From NCBI GenBank assembly GCA_965203745.1, contig CBDBDK010000002.1, forward strand, positions 390,009-454,008: DNA of 64,000 bases, written 5' to 3'. Position numbers and translations under genes: made by a program. The notes beneath the pieces are model-generated. The model worked only from the letters and a program-made list of their open reading frames with translations. It ran no database searches and was not told where the DNA came from. This DNA comes from an uncultured Candidatus Binatia bacterium (GTDB lineage Bacteria; Desulfobacterota; Binatia; Bin18). Positions 28,206-38,464 of this stretch are shown one piece after another. Each line of letters begins with the position of its first letter. Position 1 is the stretch's first letter.

Positions 28206-29327
28206 TCAAATCCCATAAAACGCGGCGGCATTCGCCCCCAGGATTTTATCGACCGACTGCGTTGGCAGGGCGGAGAGCAACTCGCGCATGGTCTCTACCG
28301 GCTTGGTAAAGCCCTCGGCGTGCGGATAATCCGAGCCGACAAAGAATTTCTCATCTCCGGCAAACTGGACGATATACGGCAGCAGCCTTTCGCTTGGGTC
28401 GGCGTTGATCCAGATATTGCGGGCCAGATATTCTCGAATCGGGCGTTTCATCTGTGAGGTGTGGCGCATGTATTGGTAGCGGTAGTCGAAACGCTCAATC
28501 CACTCCCCAACCCAACTGCCCATGGATTCCACGGTTGCCGCGCGCAATTCGGGAAAGCGCTCAAACACGCCGTCATACACCATGGTGCTCAGCGACATGC
28601 GGGGGTCCTGGATCACATTCATGGAGATAAACATGAAGCCGGGATTACGGTTTTTATACCAGGCGCTGCCGAGGTACTCCTTGTTGCCGGCCGGGTGAAT
28701 GCTGACGGCGATATTGCAGTCCTGGGCGGCTGCCCAGAGCGGATTGTAATCTGGATGGCCGAAGCTTTTGCCATTGATGGGCGCGGAGCCGATCATGATT
28801 GAATGCGCGCCGAGTTTGGCCACGCGTTGGATCTCCCGTACGGCCAGCGTTGGTTCACGGAGGGAGATATGGGCCGCGGGAAAGAGGCGGTCACGATGGC
28901 CGGCGCTGATCTCAAACGCCCAGGTGTTATAGGCCCGACAGAGGGCCGCGGCGAGCTGCGGGTCCTGGACCTCGCCTTCCCATAACAGGCCCATGGTGGG
29001 GTAGAGGACCTGATAATCAATGCCCTCGGCGTCCAGAAACTGCATACGCTTGTCCATGTCCTGCCAGTCGCCGCCCTCGTATAGAGACTGGTCAAACTCG
29101 TTGAGTGCGCTCCCATCTTCCTTCTGTCCATAACCGACGACAATGCTGAGCATCTCGTCGATTTCGCTTCCCAGCCGCATGGATTTATTATCCACCACCA
29201 TGCGCAGCTTGCCGCTGGCGCTATCCTGCTCCACGTGCATGGCCCGCTCGCGGTAGGCCGGCTCAATATACTGGAGGTATAAATTCAGCGGTTCGATCAA
29301 ATGACTGTCGCCGTCAACGATTTTCAT
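28206..29327 (-). CDS. Amidohydrolase_2 family protein
   Basis: IVDGDSHLIEP, AYNTW, FERFPEL, GSDYPHAEG; AAGGAG RBS. Confidence 0.9.
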   Translation of the reverse strand: MKIVDGDSHLIEPLNLYLQYIEPAYRERAMHVEQDSASGKLRMVVDNKSMRLGSEIDEMLSIVVGYGQKEDGSALNEFDQSLYEGGDWQDMDKRMQFLDAEGIDYQVLYPTMGLLWEGEVQDPQLAAALCRAYNTWAFEISAGHRDRLFPAAHISLREPTLAVREIQRVAKLGAHSIMIGSAPINGKSFGHPDYNPLWAAAQDCNIAVSIHPAGNKEYLGSAWYKNRNPGFMFISMNVIQDPRMSLSTMVYDGVFERFPELRAATVESMGSWVGEWIERFDYRYQYMRHTSQMKRPIREYLARNIWINADPSERLLPYIVQFAGDEKFFVGSDYPHAEGFTKPVETMRELLSALPTQSVDKILGANAAAFYGI

Positions 29328-29402
29328 GCCGGGCTCCTTTTCTCCGTGAAACATACGAGACATGGGAAAAAATGGGTAGGGGAGACAAAGAATGTCGGGA
29401 AA

Positions 29403-29508
29403 ATCCCCTCTTGGGAGGGGTGCCGTGTCAGCGGCAGGGTGGGTTGTACGGTCCGGTCGAGTATGGGGAAACCCACCCCGGCCTGCGGCCACCCCTCCGA
29501 GGAGGGGA
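29403..29508. repeat. REPIN-like inverted repeat pair (TCCCCTC..GAGGGG family)
   Basis: Matches copies at 7965-8163 and 42888-43043. Confidence 0.8.
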
Positions 29509-29539
29509 GTGGAAATATGGTGGTCCTATTTTCTCTCCC

Positions 29540-30304
29540 TCAACGCTGCTTCTGCAAAAATCGATTGATGACCGTGGCGACATAGACCGGCGCTTCTTGT
29601 TGCGGGTAGTGGCCGGCATTGCGGCAGACAGCCATTTCGGCGTTGGGATACCAGGTGAGAAATGTCTCTTTTGTGACCGCCTCAGTGAACGGCTCCATGT
29701 CGAACTCGCCGATGATGATGAGCATGGGCGTGATATTGCCCTTCATCTGGTCAAGAAAGCCCTGGCTGGCCAGACTCTTCAAATAGCCGGCCTGGGCTTC
29801 TTTGCTGCGGGTCGAGCGGGTCTGCCGGATTTTGAAGTCGAGCCATTCCCGGCACAGCCGGTTGCCGGTCAGGACGTCGAAGGCTTGGGCCAGGGCGTCG
29901 TTGTCGGTAATCGAATCGGTGATGACGGCCAGGCCCTCGGGAGAGAAAGCCAAGCCGGTCGCGGCAACCGGCGTGTTGAGGATCGCCGACTTGACGCGCT
30001 CGCCGCCGTCGAGGACAACTCTTTGCGCCAGCATACCGCTCATGGAGTGGCCGACGATGTGGAACCGCTGCCAGCCCAGGTTATCGGCCAGGGCAAGGAT
30101 ATCGGATGCCGCTTCCACCGGCGTATATTCGCCGGGAATATGACGCGACGCGCCGTAGCCGCGCACCTCAACGAACGCGAACGTGAAATTCCGGGTATCA
30201 AAAAAATTGCGGGCAAACGCCCAGGTATCCCGGCAGCCGTAGAAGTCGTGCATGACAATAACGCCCTCCGGGCCGCTGCCGTACAGTTCGTGACCAATAA
30301 TCAT
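29540..30304 (-). CDS. Alpha/beta hydrolase
   Basis: RGYGAS, GHSMSG nucleophile elbow, AGHYPQQE. Confidence 0.9.
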   Translation of the reverse strand: MIIGHELYGSGPEGVIVMHDFYGCRDTWAFARNFFDTRNFTFAFVEVRGYGASRHIPGEYTPVEAASDILALADNLGWQRFHIVGHSMSGMLAQRVVLDGGERVKSAILNTPVAATGLAFSPEGLAVITDSITDNDALAQAFDVLTGNRLCREWLDFKIRQTRSTRSKEAQAGYLKSLASQGFLDQMKGNITPMLIIIGEFDMEPFTEAVTKETFLTWYPNAEMAVCRNAGHYPQQEAPVYVATVINRFLQKQR

Positions 30305-30389
30305 GTTGCTCCCCCGTATCGTTCATAAAGAATGCGGTGATAGTATCAGGCCGTCTTAGTGAACCGCTACTGCAACGAAGGAGACAGGT

Positions 30390-30776
30390 ATGGCCGACAA
30401 CAACGAAGTCACCCCCGAATTTCTGGCGAATTTTACCCAGGCCTGGAACGACAAGGACCTCGACAAGCTGATGGAGCATATGGCCGACGGCTGTGTGTTC
30501 ATGGCCTCCGTCGGCACTGAAACCGAAGGGACCAAGTGGGAGGGGAGAGAAGAAGTTCGCAGGGGCTTTGCCAGCCTATGGGAAGGCTATCCGGATGCCC
30601 ACTTCGAGCCGGTGGGTAAAGACTTTATTGCGGGTAATCGGGGGGTGTGTGAGTGGATATTTACCGGAACCAGAGCGTCGGACGGGACCAAGGTGCGGGC
30701 GCGGGGCTGCGACGTGCTGACCTTTAGGGACGGCAAGATTCTGGTCAAGAACTCGATGCGCAAGCAGCGCCCGTAG
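30390..30776 (+). CDS. SnoaL-like/NTF2 family protein
   Basis: AWN..DLDKLM, GREEVR, EWIFTGT, GCDVLTFRDGKI. Confidence 0.85.
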   Translation: MADNNEVTPEFLANFTQAWNDKDLDKLMEHMADGCVFMASVGTETEGTKWEGREEVRRGFASLWEGYPDAHFEPVGKDFIAGNRGVCEWIFTGTRASDGTKVRARGCDVLTFRDGKILVKNSMRKQRP

Positions 30777-30799
30777 CCGTTGGGTTTCCGAAAAAGGAG

Positions 30800-30833
30800 C
30801 CCTCACCCTGGCCCTCTCCCAGAGGGAGAGGGG
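30800..30833. repeat. CCCTCACCC..CCCTCTCCC..GGGAGAGGG palindromic REP-like element
   Basis: Hairpin between convergent genes; related units near 3994-4017 and 19328-19351. Confidence 0.6.
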
Positions 30834-30891
30834 ATTGAATCGCGACACGCTCCCAGAGGGAGCGCGAAGGGGAGCGAAACTTGCCTCTCAC

Positions 30892-32062
30892 TTAATGAGC
30901 AAACTCGGGAATAATTTTTGTCCCCAAGATGTCCAACTGTTCTTTCATCTCATCCCGAGGCAAGAATCCCTGGTCAGACAGAATCATGAACCAGTCCGGG
31001 TTGAGTTTTTCTCTGACCGCTTCCAGTTGTCGCCGGATATCATCGACCGTTCCGACAAAGGCAATGCCGGCCTCGATAAACGGCTCGATCGTGGTTGGAA
31101 TCTCTTGAGCAAACTTGGCGTGGAACCGGCTGAACAAGAAGATTGCTCCGTCGTGGGCTCGCCGCAGGGCTTCTTCGCGTGTCTTGGCGACATATAGGAG
31201 TCTGGCCAAACCGACCTTCTGGCCGAGCCGGAGATCGTGTCCGGCGGCATTGGCGGCTTCGGTGTAGACCGCCGCGCCCTGGATAGCCAGGTCCGGGAAG
31301 GGCAGGAACATCATCGGTGTAATCCCTTCGCGGGCAGCCCAGCGGATGGTTTCTTCGTTGGTGGTTAAGGCTTGGAACAAGGGCGGATGCGGCTTTTGAT
31401 ACGGCTTGGGCACCGGGGATATCTTATGCAGCCAGCCCCTGGCGTCCACCTCGCCCGGTGCGCCGTACCGCCGGGTTGCCTCGTGAGCCGGCCAGTCATG
31501 TCCGCCGGCAGGAAAGGGGGCTTGATAGTATGTGCCGTTAAAAGCGAACGGCTCGTCTTTCCAGGCGAGTTTCATGACTTCGAAAAGCTCCTGAAAAACC
31601 TCACGGTTACGGAGTTCGGCGTCGGGACCCGAGGTCCCCGGTTCAACGCTATATTTTTGACCCAACACATTCACCCAGCGCGGAAAAAATCCACGCGCGA
31701 GGCCCACAAAGACGCGCCCTTTCGACATATGGTCCACCCAGGCAATATCCTCAGCCAGGCGAATGGGGTCCCAGGTGGGGAGGACAAAACCGACCGGTCC
31801 AACCTGAAGGCGTTTGGTGTGGTGTATCAGGTTAAGCATATGCGGAATCGGGGTGGCTCCCGCCTCAAGGCCCTCCGTATAGAAATGATGTTCCGAATAG
31901 CTCAGCGCGTCGAAGGCCATCTCTTCGGCAAACTGCGCCCAGGTCAATCATCTCTTCGAGCATTTCCTGGGTTTTATCCGTACGGTGGGCAATGGGAGCC
32001 AGACGTTCTCGTTCCTCCGGGGTGGCGGGAACAACTGGGGTGAGGTGGAGCATGAATTTCAT
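30892..32062 (-). pseudogene. LLM-class oxidoreductase, frameshifted (or sequence error)
   Basis: MKFMLHL..EMIDL joins AQFAEEMAFDALSYSEHHF if one C of the CCC at 31938-31940 is removed; GGAGG RBS at 5' end. Confidence 0.85.
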
Positions 32063-32087
32063 GGAAACCTCCTGTATCGGGCCGATG

Positions 32088-33179
32088 TCACACTAAGTAC
32101 CGGGCGACCGCATCCTCGTTCCAGGCGATGCCAGCCCCTGGGGTTGGCGAGGGAAAGGCAGAGCCATCTTCAAGCTGCGTTGGCTCCTGGAGCACGGGCT
32201 CGGCCCAGTCTACATATTCCAGCCAGTGTCGCGTCGGGGTTGCGGCCAGCAAATGGACGCTGATTTCCGGGTAGAGATGGGAGGAGACGGGAATCCCGGC
32301 TGGCTCGGCCAGGGCGGCTGCGCGTAGCCAGCCGGACACGCCACCGATTTTATTGACATCCGGCATGAGAAAATCCCCGGATCCGGCTGTGATGGCTTTG
32401 GCCATGTCATGTGGACCCCAAAAATTCTCCCCAAGCTGGATGGGCGTATGGGCGGCTTGGCGAATCTGGGCATAGCCGGCGTAATCGTCCGCGCGCGTCG
32501 GCTCTTCGATCCAGCACAGTCCTTCGCCGTCAAGAGCGTGGGCGCGTTGTACGGCCTCCGGCACGGTCAAGGACTGATTGTAGTCCGACATGAGCGTGAT
32601 ATCGTCCGGCACGGCATTGCGGATTGCCCGTACGATCTCGACATCGGCGCGGGCGTCTTCATAGCCAAGTCGTACCTTTATGGCATCGAAGCCCGGCTCA
32701 ACCAACTCGCGGGCCTCACTCCGCACCCGGTCCACATCCATAATGCTCAGGCCGGTACTGTTATAGGCTGGGATGGGCTGCGATTGCCCGCCCAAGAGTT
32801 GCACCAGGGGCTGTCCTACCGCCTTGGCGCAGGCGTCCCAGGCCGCCGCGTCGATCCCGGCCGCGGCCATGGCCGTAAAACCCTGTGGGCCGAGCAGCCG
32901 GAACGCCTTGTGGAGCTTTTCTTCCAGGGCGAGCGGGCTAACCTTGTCACCAACAATAAGCTCGCCCAGATTTTCGAGCAGTTGCACCAGCGGCAGCATG
33001 ACAAATGGGGCATAGCAGAAGATATAGCTACAACCGCAAACGCCCTCCTCGGTCTCAAGATCAACCAGGACCATGGGAAATCTCGTGACCGATCCACCCC
33101 CGGTATATATCGGGCGATTCATCGGCAAGCTGACCGCGCGGGCGCGGAGGGCGCGAACAGTCAGAGCATCGGCAGACAT
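32088..33179 (-). CDS. Mandelate racemase-like enolase superfamily enzyme
   Basis: KVR, DYNQ, WIEEP, GEN, MPD, SSH, HWLE motifs. Confidence 0.9.
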   Translation of the reverse strand: MSADALTVRALRARAVSLPMNRPIYTGGGSVTRFPMVLVDLETEEGVCGCSYIFCYAPFVMLPLVQLLENLGELIVGDKVSPLALEEKLHKAFRLLGPQGFTAMAAAGIDAAAWDACAKAVGQPLVQLLGGQSQPIPAYNSTGLSIMDVDRVRSEARELVEPGFDAIKVRLGYEDARADVEIVRAIRNAVPDDITLMSDYNQSLTVPEAVQRAHALDGEGLCWIEEPTRADDYAGYAQIRQAAHTPIQLGENFWGPHDMAKAITAGSGDFLMPDVNKIGGVSGWLRAAALAEPAGIPVSSHLYPEISVHLLAATPTRHWLEYVDWAEPVLQEPTQLEDGSAFPSPTPGAGIAWNEDAVARYLV

Positions 33180-33341
33180 ACAGTCCTCCTTTATATTTCA
33201 GGACATTCCTGCGGAACGCTGTGACGTGAGTATAGCGAATGGATTGGGAGAAAGATAATCTTGCCTGCCGCGTGGTAATTTATTATTGATATTCACTCTT
33301 GCTGGGTTCCGGCAGGCTGGTGATGGAGGAGAGGAATTTGC

Positions 33342-34538
33342 ATGCAACGCAGCACTGATCGTGTTCTCACCACGCATGTTGGCAGTCTGCCACGCAGTGC
33401 AAGACTCCTGCAGATGTTGGTCGATCGAGAAGCCGGTCACGAGGTCGATGAAGCCGCGTTTGAAAAACAGGTCGAGCACGACCTCGATGATGTGTTGCAA
33501 AAACAGCACGAGGTGGGGGTCGATATTGTCTGCGATGGCGAACTGCCCCGGCTCGGATTCTCTTTTTATGTCAAGGACCGCATGTCAGGCTTTGGGGGCC
33601 ACTCGCCACGTGGTACGGTAACTGACTTTGCAAAGTTTCCGGGCTACGCCAAACTCAAGCAACAGCAAGCGTCAAGGGGAGACGAGATTTCCAAGAGCGC
33701 AACCCTATACGCTATGCCGGAATGCCAATGTGCCGTGAAATACGACACAGAGCAGCACGCCGCGCAGCAAGAGCTGCGGCTCTTCAAAGCCTCTCTGGAA
33801 CGAACGGAGGTCGGAAGCCAAGCAGCCGAGACGTTTGTGACCGCCGCCACTCCGGGCATTGTCTCTACCACCCTGTTGCGCAATCCAAACAATCCCGACT
33901 ACACCACTGACCGGGACTATGTGATGGCCTTGGCCGAGGAGTTGCGCGGTGAGTATGAACTCATTGTAGAGCACGGCCATATTCTTCAGGTCGATGGACC
34001 CGACCTGGCCCTTGAGCGCCAGATTCTGTATGTGGACAAACCGCTCGACGCCTTTCTCAAACGAGTCGAGCTGCATATCGAGGCGCTTAACGCCGCCCTG
34101 ATCAACATCCCCAAAGACCGCGTGCGCCTGCACGTGTGCTGGGGGAACTGGGACGGTCCTCATATCGACGATATGGATTTGGAACCCCTTTTGCCTCTCC
34201 TCTACCAGGCCAAGGTAGGCGGGTTGAGCATTCCCTTTGCCAACCCGCGCCATCAGCATGAGGGCGAGCTGTTTGTGTCCTACCCGCTCCCGGATGATAT
34301 GTTGCTCTTTCCTGGCGTGGTGGATGTGACCACGAATTATCTCGAACACCCCGAGGTCGTTGCCGAACGCATTGCGCGGTTGATCGATGTGGTTGGCGAG
34401 CGGGAACGTATTATCGCCAGTACGGACTGTGGGTTTTCAACTTTTGCCGGCTATACCATGGTCGCTGACGATGTGGTATGGGCGAAATTGCAGGTGCTGA
34501 GCCAGGGCGCGGCCTTAGCGTCCAAACGTTTATGGTAA
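33342..34538 (+). CDS. Cobalamin-independent methionine synthase II family (MetE C-domain-like) protein
   Basis: TTHVGSLPR, LHVCWGN, NPRH, STDCGF. Confidence 0.88.
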   Translation: MQRSTDRVLTTHVGSLPRSARLLQMLVDREAGHEVDEAAFEKQVEHDLDDVLQKQHEVGVDIVCDGELPRLGFSFYVKDRMSGFGGHSPRGTVTDFAKFPGYAKLKQQQASRGDEISKSATLYAMPECQCAVKYDTEQHAAQQELRLFKASLERTEVGSQAAETFVTAATPGIVSTTLLRNPNNPDYTTDRDYVMALAEELRGEYELIVEHGHILQVDGPDLALERQILYVDKPLDAFLKRVELHIEALNAALINIPKDRVRLHVCWGNWDGPHIDDMDLEPLLPLLYQAKVGGLSIPFANPRHQHEGELFVSYPLPDDMLLFPGVVDVTTNYLEHPEVVAERIARLIDVVGERERIIASTDCGFSTFAGYTMVADDVVWAKLQVLSQGAALASKRLW

Positions 34539-34565
34539 GACCACGAGTCTGAAGGAGAGGGAGCA

Positions 34566-35138
34566 ATGGCAAATCGCAATATGACCAAAGAGGAAATTGC
34601 CCAGCGGGTTGCCCGGTTTGATCAGCTTCAGCCCATGTCCACGGCCAAGGATATGGCGGACGTGTCGCAGGACGCGATGGACGTCATCTTTGCGCGTACT
34701 CTCATGCCGGTCATTCTGGAGAAGACCAAGAATCCGTTTGGTGAGACCGCCGCGATATTTGGAGCGGCGGGAACAACAATGCACGTTTCCGTTTGCCCGC
34801 CAGGACAAGGGCCATGCCTCCACTCGCACAACAATACCTATGAGACCTTCATGGTCCTCGATGGTGCGTTTGAGTTTTCGGTTGGCGAGGAAGGCCAGGA
34901 AACCGTCACGCTCAATAAATGGGACGTGTTCTCCTGCCCGCCAGGTGTGTATCGCGGCTTCCGCAACAGCGCGCCCAAAGACAGCGTGTTGCTGACTGTT
35001 ATTAGCGGTGCAGCCGATGCCCGGGATGACGTGGGGGTACCACCGAAGGTCACCGAACAGATTCGTGCCGACTACGGGGAAGAGGTGCTTGGCAAGTTTC
35101 GGACGATCATGACGTTTGACGACCGGGATTCGGCATAG
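34566..35138 (+). CDS. Cupin domain protein
   Basis: PPGQGPCLHSH..ETF, PPGVYRGFRN. Confidence 0.85.
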   Translation: MANRNMTKEEIAQRVARFDQLQPMSTAKDMADVSQDAMDVIFARTLMPVILEKTKNPFGETAAIFGAAGTTMHVSVCPPGQGPCLHSHNNTYETFMVLDGAFEFSVGEEGQETVTLNKWDVFSCPPGVYRGFRNSAPKDSVLLTVISGAADARDDVGVPPKVTEQIRADYGEEVLGKFRTIMTFDDRDSA

Positions 35139-35190
35139 CCGGGCGCAGACTCTTCACCTGACCCGTATGGCATAAGGAAGGACGACATTC

Positions 35191-35634
35191 ATGGACACCG
35201 AGCAAAAACAAAAGCTCGCAGACCTGTACGTACAGCAGCATGTGGCAATCCTTACAACTCAAGGAGAAACCTGGCCGACGGCCCATCTGCAAGCGTTTGG
35301 GCAGACCGATGAGCTGGATTTGATCTTTATTATGCTGGCCGACGCGGAGAAGTATCACAATCTGCTCACGCGCCCCCAGGCGACCGTTGTGGTTGATAAT
35401 AGAGACACGGCCGATGTCTCAACCCTGCAAGTGGCGCGCGCGACGATACAGGGACTGGCCAAAGAGGTCGCTCGGGACAGCGCCGAATGGGACGAGTTAA
35501 AAGAGCGTTTCCTGACAAAGAACCCGTTTGAAGAACCGTTCTTTGGCTATGACAGCTTACGCATGATGCGCCTGACTCCCAAGCGGGTCTCGTATGCCAA
35601 CGGCCTGACGGATACCTTCAAGGCCGAACTGTAG
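35191..35634 (+). CDS. Pyridoxamine 5'-phosphate oxidase-like split-barrel protein
   Basis: VAILTT, KYHNL..P, IQGLA, RLTPKR pattern. Confidence 0.7.
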   Translation: MDTEQKQKLADLYVQQHVAILTTQGETWPTAHLQAFGQTDELDLIFIMLADAEKYHNLLTRPQATVVVDNRDTADVSTLQVARATIQGLAKEVARDSAEWDELKERFLTKNPFEEPFFGYDSLRMMRLTPKRVSYANGLTDTFKAEL

Positions 35635-35689
35635 AGAAAAGACGAGCCTTTAGATCTGCTCCGCGTTTCATGTACGACAGAGTCGCGGA

Positions 35690-36694
35690 CTACGGAGCCA
35701 TGGCGCCGTCTGCGAAGTACTTGGCGGCCAAGTCCCTGGCCTGCTCACGGCTGAGTCCGTATGACTCCCAGGCGTCACGCGAACGATCCAGGATGTCTTC
35801 GAGGTCGGTGGTCTTCTTGAAATCGCCGAGCTGATCGTGCTCGGTCTCAAGCCCCAGGGCTTCGGCAACGATGGAGATGTAATTGCGGACGGCGAGACGA
35901 GCGTCGCCGATGTCGCACCACTCGCGATGACAGGCGTGTGAGATCGTTGCCAGTGTATCTGCCTGGCTCGTGCTCTTGAGCGAACGGACCAGTTCAGCCC
36001 GGATGGCTTGAAAGCGTTGCGGCGGCAGACGCAGGCCGGCCGCCCCGCAGTCGTAGTCCAGCTCCGGTGGGGACTGAAGTTCGTCGAGCAGTTCGACCCC
36101 AGGAATCGAATCCAGGAGGGTGGCCGCGGCCTCTCGGTCCCGCTTGGCCCGCCGTTGCCCCTCTTCATGCCCGGTGCGGCCCACGTGGGTATGCAGCGCG
36201 ACCTTGCCGGAAACCGCGTGTTCCCACGCGATCTCTCCGCGCTGGACCATCCCGGCCAAGAACTGGGTGGTATGGGTGATCTCGAACTGGGGGTGACGGC
36301 TGTCGCGGCCAATGACAATGTCCTTGAAATGGACGTTGCAGGACGGGCACCACATGACCACTTGCTTGGGCTGATAGGATTCCAGGCGTTCAACCGTCCG
36401 GTCGGAAACCTGACTGCCGCGCTTGGGACCGTCAAATTTGTCCCACACGATGCCGCAGCAGAACTGCACCCCGCCGACGGGAATAAAATCGATCCCCAGG
36501 TGGGTGAACACGTCGATGACCTGCTTGGCGATATGTGGCGTGCGTAAAATATTGCAGCCCAGATACAGCACGGTATCGTAGACGCGGTCGGGCGTCTGGT
36601 GCTTCTCGACCCACGAAACGTCCTCTGCCTTGATCTGTAACTGCTTGAGGTCTTGAATCCGGCGAAAAAAAGCCGAGTAGTTAAACTCTGCCAT
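35690..36694 (-). CDS. Stand-alone CCG-domain (HdrB/GlpC-like) Fe-S protein
   Basis: YLGC, FCCG, WCPSC; degenerate second repeat YDCG..HACH. Confidence 0.75.
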   Translation of the reverse strand: MAEFNYSAFFRRIQDLKQLQIKAEDVSWVEKHQTPDRVYDTVLYLGCNILRTPHIAKQVIDVFTHLGIDFIPVGGVQFCCGIVWDKFDGPKRGSQVSDRTVERLESYQPKQVVMWCPSCNVHFKDIVIGRDSRHPQFEITHTTQFLAGMVQRGEIAWEHAVSGKVALHTHVGRTGHEEGQRRAKRDREAAATLLDSIPGVELLDELQSPPELDYDCGAAGLRLPPQRFQAIRAELVRSLKSTSQADTLATISHACHREWCDIGDARLAVRNYISIVAEALGLETEHDQLGDFKKTTDLEDILDRSRDAWESYGLSREQARDLAAKYFADGAMAP

Positions 36695-36706
36695 GCGGTT
36701 CGCTCC

Positions 36707-37552
36707 TCAATACGTCACCCCTTCGACATCTTCGAACATTTCGAGTGGGGTCTCACGGGTTTGCAGCTCACTATCCCGACCATCAACCCAGCCGAGGAAG
36801 GTGTCGTGCGCCCGATAGCCGAGCAACTGCTGCAAGCGTTCCGGCAGTTCTTTCGCGATATCAACCGGGACGGCTAAATACTGATTCTCTTCCTGCCGCA
36901 GCCAACCCACGCTAAAGGAAAAGAACAGGCCGGTGCGCGGGGTGTCGGTGGTATTCGTACCCAGCCCGTGCAGCGTTTTGCCAAGCCACACCACCGCCGA
37001 GCCCTGGGGCATGACGGCCTGGCAGACTTCCTCTTCGGCTGCGCACCGGTCCGCCGGCCAGCGATGACTGCCCGGCACGAGCCGGGTCGCGCCGTTTTCA
37101 GCGGTAAAGTCGCTCCCGGCAAACATGAAAAAGAGAATATATTCCGGGTCGTCCGGATTGAGCTTGATAAACGGTGTATAGGCGTCGAGTTCCCGGTGCA
37201 GCGGTTGGTTTTGTCCACCACCCCAGACCTGTATCGATCCGGTGGCATGGAGCTGGTAGGTGTTACAGGTCGGACCAAGCACCTGGTCTGCGAGTGATTG
37301 AACGATCGGGTTGAGGGGGAGCTGGCTCAGTTCCGGTCCGTGAGAGAACAACGCGCCTATACTGCGTTTGCGATACCCGAAAAACTTCCCACCGCCCGTT
37401 TTGCGCTCGGCGAGTCTGGGCTCGATCTTGCCCACAATCTCTTGCATGGCGGCCCGGTCAATCAACTCCCGGATGATGACCACCCCGTCCCCTTTGAGAA
37501 TGGCGAGGATATCGTTCGGCGCAGCCGTGCGCTCTACGCTTTGAATCGGCAT
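36707..37552 (-). CDS. PhyH-family Fe(II)/2OG oxygenase
   Basis: QPLHRE, DFTAENGAT, PGSH, HGLG, WLRQEE. Confidence 0.88.
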   Translation of the reverse strand: MPIQSVERTAAPNDILAILKGDGVVIIRELIDRAAMQEIVGKIEPRLAERKTGGGKFFGYRKRSIGALFSHGPELSQLPLNPIVQSLADQVLGPTCNTYQLHATGSIQVWGGGQNQPLHRELDAYTPFIKLNPDDPEYILFFMFAGSDFTAENGATRLVPGSHRWPADRCAAEEEVCQAVMPQGSAVVWLGKTLHGLGTNTTDTPRTGLFFSFSVGWLRQEENQYLAVPVDIAKELPERLQQLLGYRAHDTFLGWVDGRDSELQTRETPLEMFEDVEGVTY

Positions 37553-37681
37553 GGGCTCCCTCCCTCAATTAGTGCCGTACCCTCCCCGCCATACCACTTC
37601 GGGCCGGTTGAGGAAAGGCTTGGACAAATCCGGTGTTGCTTCTGAGCGAGAAAGTGGGCACGGGCGCAACGCCCGTGCCGT

Positions 37682-38464
37682 TTACTGCAGAAAGGTCGTA
37701 ACCGCCCGAACAAACTCCTCCGGTTGTTCGTAGGGAATCATATGTCCGGCCTTTTCGATTTCAACAATCTCGGCGTTGGCAATCTGTACTTTGAACTGCT
37801 CCGCGTAGACCGGCGGAATGAGTGCGTCACTCTTACCCCATACGAGCAGGGTTGGCGCAGTGAGACGGTACAGGCGTTTTGAAAGCCGCCGGTTGGGAAC
37901 CGGGAAAAGAATTTTTCCGGCCATACTCAATCGGCGGGAATTGCCAATATAGAACTCTTTGAGTGCCTCAGGATTTTTGAGGTCAAGGCCACCGGTCAAC
38001 ATGGCCTCGCCCTGGGACCGGTCGTGGAACAGATACTGCGCGAACTCATGCGGCAGAAAGGAAAAAATATCCGGAATCGGATGCTCCGGCAGCCACAGGC
38101 CGGCTGCGGCGACCAGGACAAGCTTGGAAACGTCGTTTGGCGTCAGGGCTGCCATTTCCGCAGCAATCATACCGCCCATCGAATGACCGACAATATGCGG
38201 CTTGGTCAGACCCAACTCGTGCACCACATCCCAGCCGTGCAGGGTGAAGTCCAGCATATCTTCCAGCAAAGCTTCGCCGGTTGACTCGCCAAAGCCTGGG
38301 AATTCCGGGGCAAACACATGGTAGTGTCGGGCCAGTTGGTCGAGGAAGGGATTTTCCGGAAACAAGCCGCCGGCGCCGTGCATAAAGACCAGTGGCTCGC
38401 CGCTGCCCGCGTCGAGGACGCGGACCTTGGTTCCGCGTCCCGTCTCGATCATGCGGCTGTTCAT
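37682..38464 (-). CDS. Alpha/beta hydrolase
   Basis: HGAGG, GHSMGG, AGHMIPYE; overlaps LLM stop by 4 nt. Confidence 0.9.
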   Translation of the reverse strand: MNSRMIETGRGTKVRVLDAGSGEPLVFMHGAGGLFPENPFLDQLARHYHVFAPEFPGFGESTGEALLEDMLDFTLHGWDVVHELGLTKPHIVGHSMGGMIAAEMAALTPNDVSKLVLVAAAGLWLPEHPIPDIFSFLPHEFAQYLFHDRSQGEAMLTGGLDLKNPEALKEFYIGNSRRLSMAGKILFPVPNRRLSKRLYRLTAPTLLVWGKSDALIPPVYAEQFKVQIANAEIVEIEKAGHMIPYEQPEEFVRAVTTFLQ

